NCBI GenBank assembly: GCA_973895155.1
Contig: OZ316898.1
Coordinates: 7,675,079 to 7,739,078, forward strand
Source: Marsupella aquatica
Lineage: Eukaryota > Plantae > Marchantiophyta
DNA: 64,000 nt
Direction of reading: 5' to 3'
Shown here piece after piece: positions 26,167 to 36,234 of the stretch (position 1 is the first letter of the stretch; each line of letters starts with the position of its first letter). Both the position numbers and the translations under genes were made by a program. The notes below the pieces were generated by a model. It was not told the DNA's origin. It did no database searches and was given only the letters and a program-made list of their open reading frames with translations.

Positions 26167-27153
26167 TTAGCGCCGTTTGTTCAAATTCACTCCACAACCC
26201 AACAAATTTGAGAAGGAGAACTTCGATTTGGGTTTACGAGAAGATGCTTCAAGCTGGCGTGGATAAGGAGGAGCATTGACAATCCAAGAATGCCGCAAGA
26301 GGACGGCAGCTGAAGGGCGGTGTTCTGGGTCCAGAGCAAAGCACCGATCCACAAATTCTCGGCAGCGTTTCGAGTACGTGGGTGGGATGTCCACCGTACA
26401 TTGTGAGAGTGCAGGATTTCCATCTGCGTCTCTCTCGTTCACATCAGGGTCTTCATATGCATAGATTGCAGGTGGGTCTTCTGGTGGGTTTCCAGTACAC
26501 ATCTCCACAATGCTACACCCTAGAGAGTATATATCGGAAGGAGTGTCCTGCTGAGCCTGATCCACCACCTCAGGTGCCATATATCCCACAGTCCCGGTGA
26601 CAAAAATCTGATTGCGATGGGCTCTTGAATATTCAGGACTAGTGGGCGGGATGCGGTAATTTTTACTCAAAAACTTTGCTGAGCCAAAGTCACAAAGCTT
26701 GATGTTCTCAGATCCGACGAGAAAGTTAGCACATTTTATGTCACCATGGACGATCCCAAGATTGTGTATGTATTTCAGTCCGTGCAAAACATCACGAGTA
26801 TACGCAGCTACCAAGTTCTCACTCAAGCCTCCTTCATTGCGATCGAGTTGCTCCCTAACCGAGCCCTTTGGCACTAACTCGATGAAAAGATCAAGTAATT
26901 CTGTATTGGAGTCTTTCCTTTTGGTTGCTGCGCATCCCAAATATTGCACAACGTACTTTGAGTTACATTCTGATAAAGCATTTTTCTCGATGGCGAGTGC
27001 CATTCGCTTTTCCTTGTCATCCTTATGGACAGATTTTACAGCAAAGAGCTTCATGTTTTCCTGGTTGATCGCTATGTAGACTGTTGCATATGTTCCTTTT
27101 CCTATTTCCTCTCCCCGAATCCATTCCTTGATGGGGAAGGGTATTGGAGGCAT
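26167..27153 (-). CDS. Ser/Thr protein kinase, MAP3K-like, intronless tandem paralog, non-RD
   Basis: WIRGEEIGKGTYATVY, FAVKS, HGDIKCANFLV, DFG, GTVGYMAPE, SDIYSLGC, RPSAAVLLRHSW. Collinear with the 22772-23827 kinase. Confidence 0.93.
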   Translation of the reverse strand: MPPIPFPIKEWIRGEEIGKGTYATVYIAINQENMKLFAVKSVHKDDKEKRMALAIEKNALSECNSKYVVQYLGCAATKRKDSNTELLDLFIELVPKGSVREQLDRNEGGLSENLVAAYTRDVLHGLKYIHNLGIVHGDIKCANFLVGSENIKLCDFGSAKFLSKNYRIPPTSPEYSRAHRNQIFVTGTVGYMAPEVVDQAQQDTPSDIYSLGCSIVEMCTGNPPEDPPAIYAYEDPDVNERDADGNPALSQCTVDIPPTYSKRCREFVDRCFALDPEHRPSAAVLLRHSWIVNAPPYPRQLEASSRKPKSKFSFSNLLGCGVNLNKRR

Positions 27154-27748
27154 GTCAATAATACAATACTAGCTAGGAATTGCACTCAGAGCAATACATT
27201 TCCTGTCCTTGAGGAATCCTCAACTTGAATTTGACAAAGCGGATTGAGTCAGCCCGTTACAAATCTAGAGGTGGGGTCTCAAATTGGAGGATCAATTTGT
27301 AAAGACAGATATACATGATAAACTGCAATAGCATTTGCCAATCTTGCCGACTGGTTGCCCGTATCGAGTTTCTGACTTAGCTGAGTGAAGCACATTTAAT
27401 GATGTTGTACTAATGTTATGTGTAACTTTTGAACACAATCAGCATTCAAGGATTGAAGGTTGAAACAAATTGGGGGTTGTTTCCGTCTTGCGTGGCAAAT
27501 CCAATGACTTGAATGCTGAATTTCAGAACGAACTAATGACCTATTGTAAATCGAACGATCACGTATGTCAGCCTTGGTTAATTCAATAAAGGATATCAAT
27601 ATAAAGTTTAGATAGGGATAGCTGAATGACAGAACCACTTTGTGAAATTCCAGCTTATGGCACTGAGATACAGAGGTTGACATGAGATTTGAAAACCTTT
27701 ATCAATTGTGAAAGTGATTAATACACAGACTAATGTCAAAGTAACCGG

Positions 27749-27767
27749 TGTCTCTTGGTAAGAGACA
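27749..27767. promoter_or_regulatory. Candidate bipartite auxin response element TGTCTC-N7-GAGACA
   Basis: TGTCTC TTGGTAA GAGACA, about 0.6 kb upstream of kinase 2. The motif is certain; function is inferred. Confidence 0.5.
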
Positions 27768-30456
27768 CACCTTTTCCAGACGTATTAGATGGCAATAATT
27801 GAGTTGTAAACTTGAATTCATGAATCCATTGCCTTCACTTTGCTCCTTAGTTTCTCGACGCTACCTCCAAGACCACCCTTTTAGCCGAAAACTTCGAAAT
27901 CGAGAATCAATCATGGCTTCACCTCATAGAATTCAATTTAGAGTGACTCTATGACTGCTTTCAGTGGTTCTGCCAATTGGAAAGCTCCAAAGAGTCTCAA
28001 AGCAGATACTAGAACGACTCAAAACATCATCCGATTACCCAACAGAGTAATGTGGATTGAAGTGCGAGGAAATCAGCGTGATTTATGTTATGATGTTGTG
28101 TGCCCATGAGACGAGAAAAAACGCAACATATTCACCATGACGTTGAGCTAAGTTAGAATTGGGGTATTCTAAGAACCCAACAAAAGCATGAGAGTGCTGC
28201 TGTTTTGGGAAATTGATGCATTTTTATTGCAATTTGACTTGTGATGCCCATCGCAGCATGCAGCACAGGCTAGCAAGAGACAGTCGATCTTCATCAAAGA
28301 AGCCACACAACTATAAATCACGAGATCAATTACTAGCAATTTTCTTTAGATAGATTGAACACGACAAAGCTAGTACAGTACTCATGTTAAAAAAGCACCC
28401 TACTAATGGGTCATGGTGAATTCATTCCAGGGAAATTATTTTTGACACAAGCTTCGTGGCTAGATAATTATATGAAGCCATATGCTTCTTGAGGGTGTCT
28501 TAAAACTCTGGTCAGAGTGTGGTCCAAACGCAGAATCATGATCCAAACCCGTTTCATTTGTGGGCTGTCCCCTATTTCTATCGGGCAACTATTTTGCCCC
28601 CAAAAAACTAATTGAAATTCATTCAATAAACCAGCATACAAATGGGGTGGCCCACCAAAGGTCATGGAGCCCAAAACACCAGGGAGGCTGGCACCAGGAG
28701 GGAAGTAGATGATCCTAATGGAAGGGAGCTAAACCAGAAACCTAATGGAGTAGCAGAACTTTGAAAGACCAGCCAGTGAACAGGAACCGTGGGGTACCTA
28801 ACAGTGTTTTCCCGATAATATGCAATAGTATCAATCTAGCCTGCAGTGCCACTTCAACTCCTGAAAACAAAGATCAGTCACGGAGAAGGGGAGGGACAGG
28901 TGAGACTTGTAATAGTTCTTGTAGTTCCCATAGTCCTGCCCAAGTACCATAGCCAAAGCACATGTTATTAAGAGCTTCATCGGAAGTGGATTTAGCAGCC
29001 CAAGTCCTGGACTGATGCCCGTACTAAGGTAAATCCCAAGCCGATGCCAGGATTTCTGGATGACAGCAAGAGCTACCAGTTATGGATTTTCTTGGGTGCC
29101 CAAGCAGGTATTTTTTCTTTCACACCCCCTCAATGAATTCTCCTGTGGGTTACCTTTGTCCAGACACTGGACAGGTGCCTGTGCATTTTCATGACTAGAT
29201 CTTCTAGACCAGATTACTGTTCACAGATGTCCTCATCCAACGGTTGCCAACAATGATAATATGATTGGGGTATGTTTGAAAAGTCACCAACAAGTGAGCT
29301 TGAACTACCCTCAACCATTGGTCAGACTGATGGGGGGAGGTTTTGGTTTTGTAGTTACTTACCTCAACCTGGCCAATGCCACCAGGATATTTTGCCATCC
29401 TTAGCTCTGCATGGGTAAGCTAATACATACAGCAAGCGAGTGCCCCTGGAGGCAGAAGGGGATTTGAATTAAAGAACCTGGCCCCCCTGGATTTGAAGGA
29501 ACTCTAATTGGGTTTCATCTTAGTTGAATTAGTGGGTCAATAGGAGAATATGAATTGAAACCTTATCACAAGATATGACTGATGAACAAAGGTATAACAA
29601 CAAGGCATCGACATGCCCAAAACATTGGAAGACGAATCAGACCAAGCCTAACTTCAGGAAAGACATTAAAAGGGAGAGGGAAATAAAAGACATTGAAGTT
29701 TGAATGTAGGTCCCAATTGTGTGAGGAGCCATCTCAATTTGTGCTCTTGGTATTTTTAACTTGTTGCTTTTGACTCAGTCCCCATTTCAAGATGCTTTTT
29801 ATGTGGACCTTTTGCATTCAAGTCCCCATCTTCACGATAATCATGGTTTCATTTATCGTTTAGATGTACATCTTAAAGAATGAGATCATGCTAGCAATTG
29901 TACCCATCAAAATTGGTCCTAATCATAACTAGACATGCATTGTGAAGGCTTTGTGTTCACAGGGCCACTTGTCTCTCCAGCAATTGTACTGAGAAAATGT
30001 CATAATCTGGCCTCTAGATTGCTTCAGTCTTACTAGGACTATGTAGTGAGATCCTTTGGCAACTTATCCCTAACTTAGGGAACTCTATTTACACCAGATT
30101 CCAATCTGATCAATTTCATTGCCAGTTAATTTTATTCTCATGTGAGGACAGATCACCGAATCTGATGTATTAAGCCCTATCAAATAGGTGCCAAAATAAT
30201 ATCCTTATTTAATCGTGACATCCTTTCCACATATGTTGTTGAAAGAGGTGGACTCTGGCAAGCTGGCTAGGCACGAAATGAACTTAGACATGTTGGCAAA
30301 AGCACAAACAAACAAACACATCTGTTAATCTTTTTAGTTTTTTCCACAAGTATGTGTTAAGAGTCAACTTTAAGATTCATATTAGTTTCCAAGCTGAATC
30401 CCCAAGAAAGATTGAATCACAGGTGGCCAACTACTTAACTGGGATTAAGTTTAAAC

Positions 30457-32130
30457 ATGACATCATTTTTTGCCCTTGATGGTGACCAAGATTCAAAACC
30501 TGCATCCATTGATGGCACTGAATATGAGTCTACATCAGAATCTTCCGCAGGGCCAGACGATGAAAAAGAGCAGGCAAAGGAGGACATGCTGAAGTCAGAG
30601 CAAAAGCTGTCCCCTGTTATAACAACAAATGCAGCGGGTAAACCAAAGGCCAAAGTAAAAAAGAAATCATGGTGGTGGCAGAGATCATGGAGTAAGAAGT
30701 CCAAGAAGAAAAAGCACAAGAAAAAGAAGCACAAGAAGCACAAGAAGAAGAAGAAGAAGAAGCACAAAAAGAAGAGAAGTGGGAAACGAAAGGGGAAATC
30801 AACAGTGTCAATGCATAGACATCACCATGCAACATTTTCTCATCTCACTCATGATGCTCTCCTGCGCCTCAAGTGCTCCCCCGTTCACCGTGTGGGATAC
30901 ACCCATGTGCAGATTGTGAAGAACATAGAAAAACATTACAGGTTGAAACTAGGGAAAAAGTTCAAAGTTAGATTACAATTAAGTTTGGAAAAGCTTGTGA
31001 GAAAAGGCTTGCTTGTCCCTACCGGAATCAAGGACAAGTACAAACCAAGTGAAGCATTTCTGGCACAGTTTTCCCGTCTCAAGGTCGTTGATGGAGCTTC
31101 AAACCGCCACTTTGGACTGCTAATCCACAAATATAAAAGTAGGAGGGACAAAAGTCGTGGAAGTAGGAGTAGAAGTAGGAGACGGTCTCACAGGAGGAGG
31201 AGGAGGAGGAGAAGGGGGAGGAGGAGGAGAAGGAGAAGGAGAAGGAAGAGAAGGAAGGGGAAGAAGAAGAAACACCCACGTCAATTTCACCATCGTCACC
31301 AGTCAAAAAGGCAGTTGGACAGCAGTACTAACAGCCATACAAGCAAGAAGGCAGAGTCAAAGAAGGGATCAAGCAGCACCAATACAATTTTTGGGGAAAG
31401 TATAACAAAGTGGCTTTGGCCCTCTAAGGAAGACAACACTAAACAAGAGAAAAATGTAAAATCCAAGGCCCTCAATGAAGATGAGAAAAACCATTATAGC
31501 AAGCAATCATGGGTAAATAAATTCAAGCGCATGCCCCGGGGCATGCTTGTGTCTCAGAAGAGGAAAGCTGCACCTGGTAGACATTTAGTAAGTCGCCCAA
31601 AGGGAGCAAGATATCGTAGATTTAATCGGCTTCGGATCCGTGAGCGTGTAGAGAAACCTGTATTTTCCACTCCAGAGGGATCTATCCACTGGTCAGATGC
31701 ACTTTCTCGCTTAACATCAAAAGCTTCTGACAATTCTCATTATGAAACACCTCCCACTTCAATGTCTCCTAGTGATGAGGATGAGTACATGAGTGACACT
31801 ACATCAAAAAGTAGCAAGCCCAAAGATAAGTCTAGAAAAGAGCATGACATATTGCATGCTATGAAGGAGAGCAGCAAAGGTTATGCAAGCCGCAGGAGTT
31901 TTTTGCAGAGGGTTAGCGATACCCTTCGTGGTGCTTTTGGAACCACACGCGTGAGCACCACAACTTGTGAAGGAGGCCCCTCTAGGCCTCAGAAGTTTTC
32001 CAAGACCCCTCCTAAATCTAAAAGGCCGCTCAAGACCAGACCTAAATCTTCAGGACCCTTGGCACGACCTACAGAAGACCCTGGAAGATCTTGTGGCAAT
32101 TCAATGGTTGCTAATCCCAATATACAATGA
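30457..32130 (+). CDS. Histone H1-related protamine-like basic protein (Lys/His tract, H15 winged helix, Arg-rich segment), 557 aa, intronless
   Basis: HATFSHLTHDALLRL...IVKNIEKHY.LKLGKKFKVRLQLSLEKLVRKGLL matches the linker-histone globular domain pattern (~30826-31062), followed by SRSRSRRRSHR8GR9KRRK. Confidence 0.82.
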   Translation: MTSFFALDGDQDSKPASIDGTEYESTSESSAGPDDEKEQAKEDMLKSEQKLSPVITTNAAGKPKAKVKKKSWWWQRSWSKKSKKKKHKKKKHKKHKKKKKKKHKKKRSGKRKGKSTVSMHRHHHATFSHLTHDALLRLKCSPVHRVGYTHVQIVKNIEKHYRLKLGKKFKVRLQLSLEKLVRKGLLVPTGIKDKYKPSEAFLAQFSRLKVVDGASNRHFGLLIHKYKSRRDKSRGSRSRSRRRSHRRRRRRRRGRRRRRRRRRKRRKGKKKKHPRQFHHRHQSKRQLDSSTNSHTSKKAESKKGSSSTNTIFGESITKWLWPSKEDNTKQEKNVKSKALNEDEKNHYSKQSWVNKFKRMPRGMLVSQKRKAAPGRHLVSRPKGARYRRFNRLRIRERVEKPVFSTPEGSIHWSDALSRLTSKASDNSHYETPPTSMSPSDEDEYMSDTTSKSSKPKDKSRKEHDILHAMKESSKGYASRRSFLQRVSDTLRGAFGTTRVSTTTCEGGPSRPQKFSKTPPKSKRPLKTRPKSSGPLARPTEDPGRSCGNSMVANPNIQ

Positions 32131-33871
32131 TGGACAAGATTCTGTCCAAGAGAATGATTCTACTTTACCTCTACCCCAAAGGCTTGCAATTTTTTTACAA
32201 GAGTGATTACTTATTCTTAGCACTAGGTTTACTTATTTTGAGAACACTTTTGTATCAAGTATCCATTGTTTACTTGCTGTATTTGAAGAGCTTGGTATAC
32301 ACAACACATGCATCATTTGCCAATACTTGTACCCATGGCTTTCAAGTCTGTCATTTCTCTCAATGATGGAGTATGTGAACACCTTGACCGAGTAGCTATA
32401 TGTAGTTTGGAGTTCTGAGAAAGCATATTTAGAGCTTAGACACATGGTCACTGAGATGTTCCAATGTAACTAAGGCCTGAGAAAGCAACAGCTTGGTTTC
32501 TCTGCAATTACTTACATTGGCCTAAGTTACATTGGCCTTTGGATTTGTAAAATCACCACTATTCAAATAAAGATGTATCGTTTTGTATAACTTGTCTTGG
32601 ACATGTCTAAATTTTTGACAATCGTCAAAAATCATAGCAAAACTCAAATATTAATATTTCACTGTTTCTTTACTTGTAAGTGTTACTATGTAGTCCTGGC
32701 TAACACAATAGCAGCTAGTCAGGGATGCTGCCACTTTCGAGACATTTATTTAACTTTGTAGTCCTCTTGGTGCAAAGAGTCAAGGGATTGTATTGATAGA
32801 GGTTGTAAGAGGTTGTACTTTATTCTAATTACAGTATTTCTGGTAAAGGTGTATTAGTGTAGATGTATTACAAACTGACTGTCACATTAACTGGATCAGA
32901 GTTTTAGTGGTCTATGAGTATGTCATACTTATATTGTAGTGGAGACCACTTGGAGTATTTCTACACTATAATACTACAATCAGGGCTTCAGCTCACAATA
33001 CTAACGACACCATGGTAACTGGCATCATGTCAAACCTATATGTCCATCCCGCTTCAGCTTCTTACTAGTATTGTGTTGTAGAGTAGTCTTCTCAGTGTCA
33101 TTCTCCATGGATTTGAAACACTTGTAGTCTCACTTGAAGTTATTGTTTCCGCTTTTCATGGTGTGATTACTTTTGGGTTAAGTGAGTTTCTTAATTATAG
33201 AACACTAGCCCAAAGCCTGTATGTTTTACCATTGTAGTTGTGGTCAAGTTGTTGTTGGTGTGGCAATTGGGTGGCAATACCCATGCATTGCGCATAAATG
33301 TTGAGGTGAGTGCAAGTGAGGGAAGGAAGTGTTGTTGTTCAAAGTGTTATTGTTCCACTGTATCGTTTGTGCAATCATGTTGTGGTTGAAAAAGTAGGCT
33401 GTTTTTTGGGTGGGTGGTTGTTGCTGGGGATACGTTGTCCTTTTAGGGTGACTTTACAAGACTTTGAGGGCACTTGTGAGCTTTTTTCACCAAAGCAAGA
33501 GGGCCATTTCACACACTAAATATAGAGCTCAGGGGCTTAAAGTGTTTTTGGACTCCTTGGAAGTGAAGCAAGTGATGCTAGAGTAATTTGCTAAAAGACA
33601 CTAGAGTAATTTGCTGAAAGACAGGTTGGGGACCCACTCCACCTGAATATCATGTTATTCTTTGGATGGAGTCTTTCTAGCTCTGACAAGAGTAGACCTG
33701 GCTTATGAAAGACTTGCGGGGTCCACATCTAGTGCAAATGACTCAAACAATGAATAGACCAAAGGGCCAGAAGAAGGAACCTCCAAGAGAGGTGGTTTCA
33801 AATCTGGGACAGAATTGTGCTCCAGGAAAGCAAAAATTGGGCCCCACTCCATTCCATGTAGGATCCGCAAC

Positions 33872-34217
33872 AGGTTAGGTTGAAAAAGGCCCCCAACATT
33901 TTGTAAAGTGACCAGCAGCAACAGCTGCTCCCCAATGGATGGCCCACATCCCATCTTGGAGTTTTAAAAAAAGTGGAAACTCCAAGTCTTGTAAAGCCAC
34001 CCTTAGTTGATGTTGTTGAAAGGAAAGTGATGCCATAAGCTTCTCTTTAGGTTAGGTTAGGTTGAAAAAGGCCCCCAACATTTTGTAAAGTGACCAGCAG
34101 CAACAGCTGCTCCCCAATGGATGGCCCACATCCCATCTTGGAGTTTTAAAAAAAGTGGAAACTCCAAGTCTTGTAAAGCCACCCTTAGTTGATGTTGTTG
34201 AAAGGAAAGTGATGCCA
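33872..34217. repeat. Recent tandem duplication, 182-bp period
   Basis: About 164 bp apparently identical, starting AGGTTAGGTTGAAAAAGGCCCC at 33872 and 34054. Confidence 0.92.
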
Positions 34218-36234
34218 ACGTACTTCTCTTTCTCTACTTGCTTCATTCCAAAAACAATACTTGATGTACTGGCCTGTAGTATAGCCAACACATCTACCTT
34301 GCACTTGACTGTAAAAGCAAGTAAGTGGCTCTGTGCCCTTACTGTAAAACATTATGTACTGGCCTATATTATAGCTAACACATGTACCTTAGTATAAAGG
34401 CACGTGCCATATATTTCCTTGGCACTCACTTTCGTCAATCAAGGACACGTACATTACTGTAAAAGCAAGTGCCATATAGCTCATTGAGCACTCCTTTGAG
34501 GAAATCCAAGAATGTAGAAAAATATTGGAAAACCTCTAACCAGACTTTGTTCCCTCCTTTTTCAAAGTTTTTAAACAGACTGTGGGAGCAATTCGGGTGA
34601 GCTCCCTTATTACAAAGTGGTTGATATACTGACATTAGTGTCCCAATAATTGCACATCAGTTTTGGTGGGCTCCCTTATTAGAGTGGTTTATATATGACC
34701 CCCTTATAGACTAGTCCCACTAATTGCACATCAAAATGAGGCAGCATACTGTGTCATGTGACATGTAAACACAGGCTCAAGGGAATTCAATATCATGATA
34801 AATAAATTATTCTGTTAAAAATCATCGGGTGTTACACAGCTGGCTGTCGGTTTGTGATGTGCAATTACCAGGATGCCAGATGGACCAGGGCCTTGCATGA
34901 ACCCGTATAGAAACGGACTAGTGACCAGCAAACACAAAACCTGTAAGGCATGTGAATTAAAGCCATTGTAGCTGGTCATACAAAGGTGGGTGCAGCTGGT
35001 CTTTGAGCGAGTCAGACATTTGGGGAACATGGGTCTTTCTCAAAGTCCCACCCTCACCACCCAAAGCTAACAAGTTTTGAACACGCAAGCACAACCAGAA
35101 GCTGAAGTCACCAACATGGACAGCTGTGACAAGAACATTCTTGGAAAGGAGTTTGGGGGTTTAACAGCAAGGGGTCCAAGGGCAATTGGGGGCGGAGAGG
35201 TGCAGATTTTGGGGACTAGGGAGAAATACAGGGGCATGGTTTTGGGGAATGAAAAGGGGGGAGGGGTCTCATTGGATGCTCAATCGTACGAGTGAGAATA
35301 ATCCTTTGTGCTCTAAACACGTACTGGTTGCTTTTCAAACCACCTTGCATCTTTTACTTTAGTTGGCGCACTAACCATAGGGTGTAAGCTTGTAATTGGC
35401 TACTTGGCATGCATGGAAAGGCACCTAGCAAAGTGAAACGACACATTGACTTATCTCTCAATATTTCGTTTCATGCATGCCGATGCATCAACAATGGGGG
35501 GGGGATCCTTCTACAATGGAACCCATAACAATAAATATTAAATTTATGTTCCAGGCGTAGAGCAAATGAAACAAACTTAAGACCTCCATATCCAATCTTT
35601 GACCCTCAAGAGTGGAATATCGTGTCCCACTTATTGCCGGGGACCTTGCAGACATGCAACTAATTGGAATGGAATGGCAAAAAACCTGAAGGGATTATTT
35701 GTCAAGAGGTATGGTCAGCATAGAAAGCTGCTTCAAGTCCTTCAATATTCTGAATACTTATATAATTTATACTCCTCATAAAGGCAGCCTTGACTAGAGG
35801 TAAAAACTGTTGGAGTTATGTGAAGCCATGAATTGAGAATATGGTTGTGACCTAGCAAATTGTCCCTATAATTGCAACGCTCACTACAGTCGTTGATCTT
35901 GTTAGTCCTTGAGAAATTTAGATCATAAAAAATTGTAACCTTGCTTTTGAGAGAAATTACAAAAATCCTTAGTTTTCTGAATAGCAAACTCCCTAGCAAT
36001 GGCATTGCATGCATGGCCATCTGGGGTGGGGGGGGAGGGGGGGCGGGGGGGATTTGTCTTGAGGCTTCTTACATTTCATCAATCAATTCAATTCATAAAT
36101 TCTTATTATGGAACATTTGTGGCCATGGTGATTGACCCTCCACAGGTTCAAGTATCAAAATTCTAGTGTATGTTTTTGAGAGGTCATGCTCACTCACACC
36201 CAGATAGCAAGGGTGAAAAGGGGCCTTGGTGAAA

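Noticed and set aside
28700-29500. Possible LINE ORF1 remnant on the minus strand
   Set aside because: Faint resemblance ([11 protein letters not shown]) only; not supportable without a search.
29900-30456. DUO1-type MYB sites (AACCG) in the proximal promoter of the protamine-like gene
   Set aside because: Looked for by eye and not found, so no claim of DUO1 control is made.
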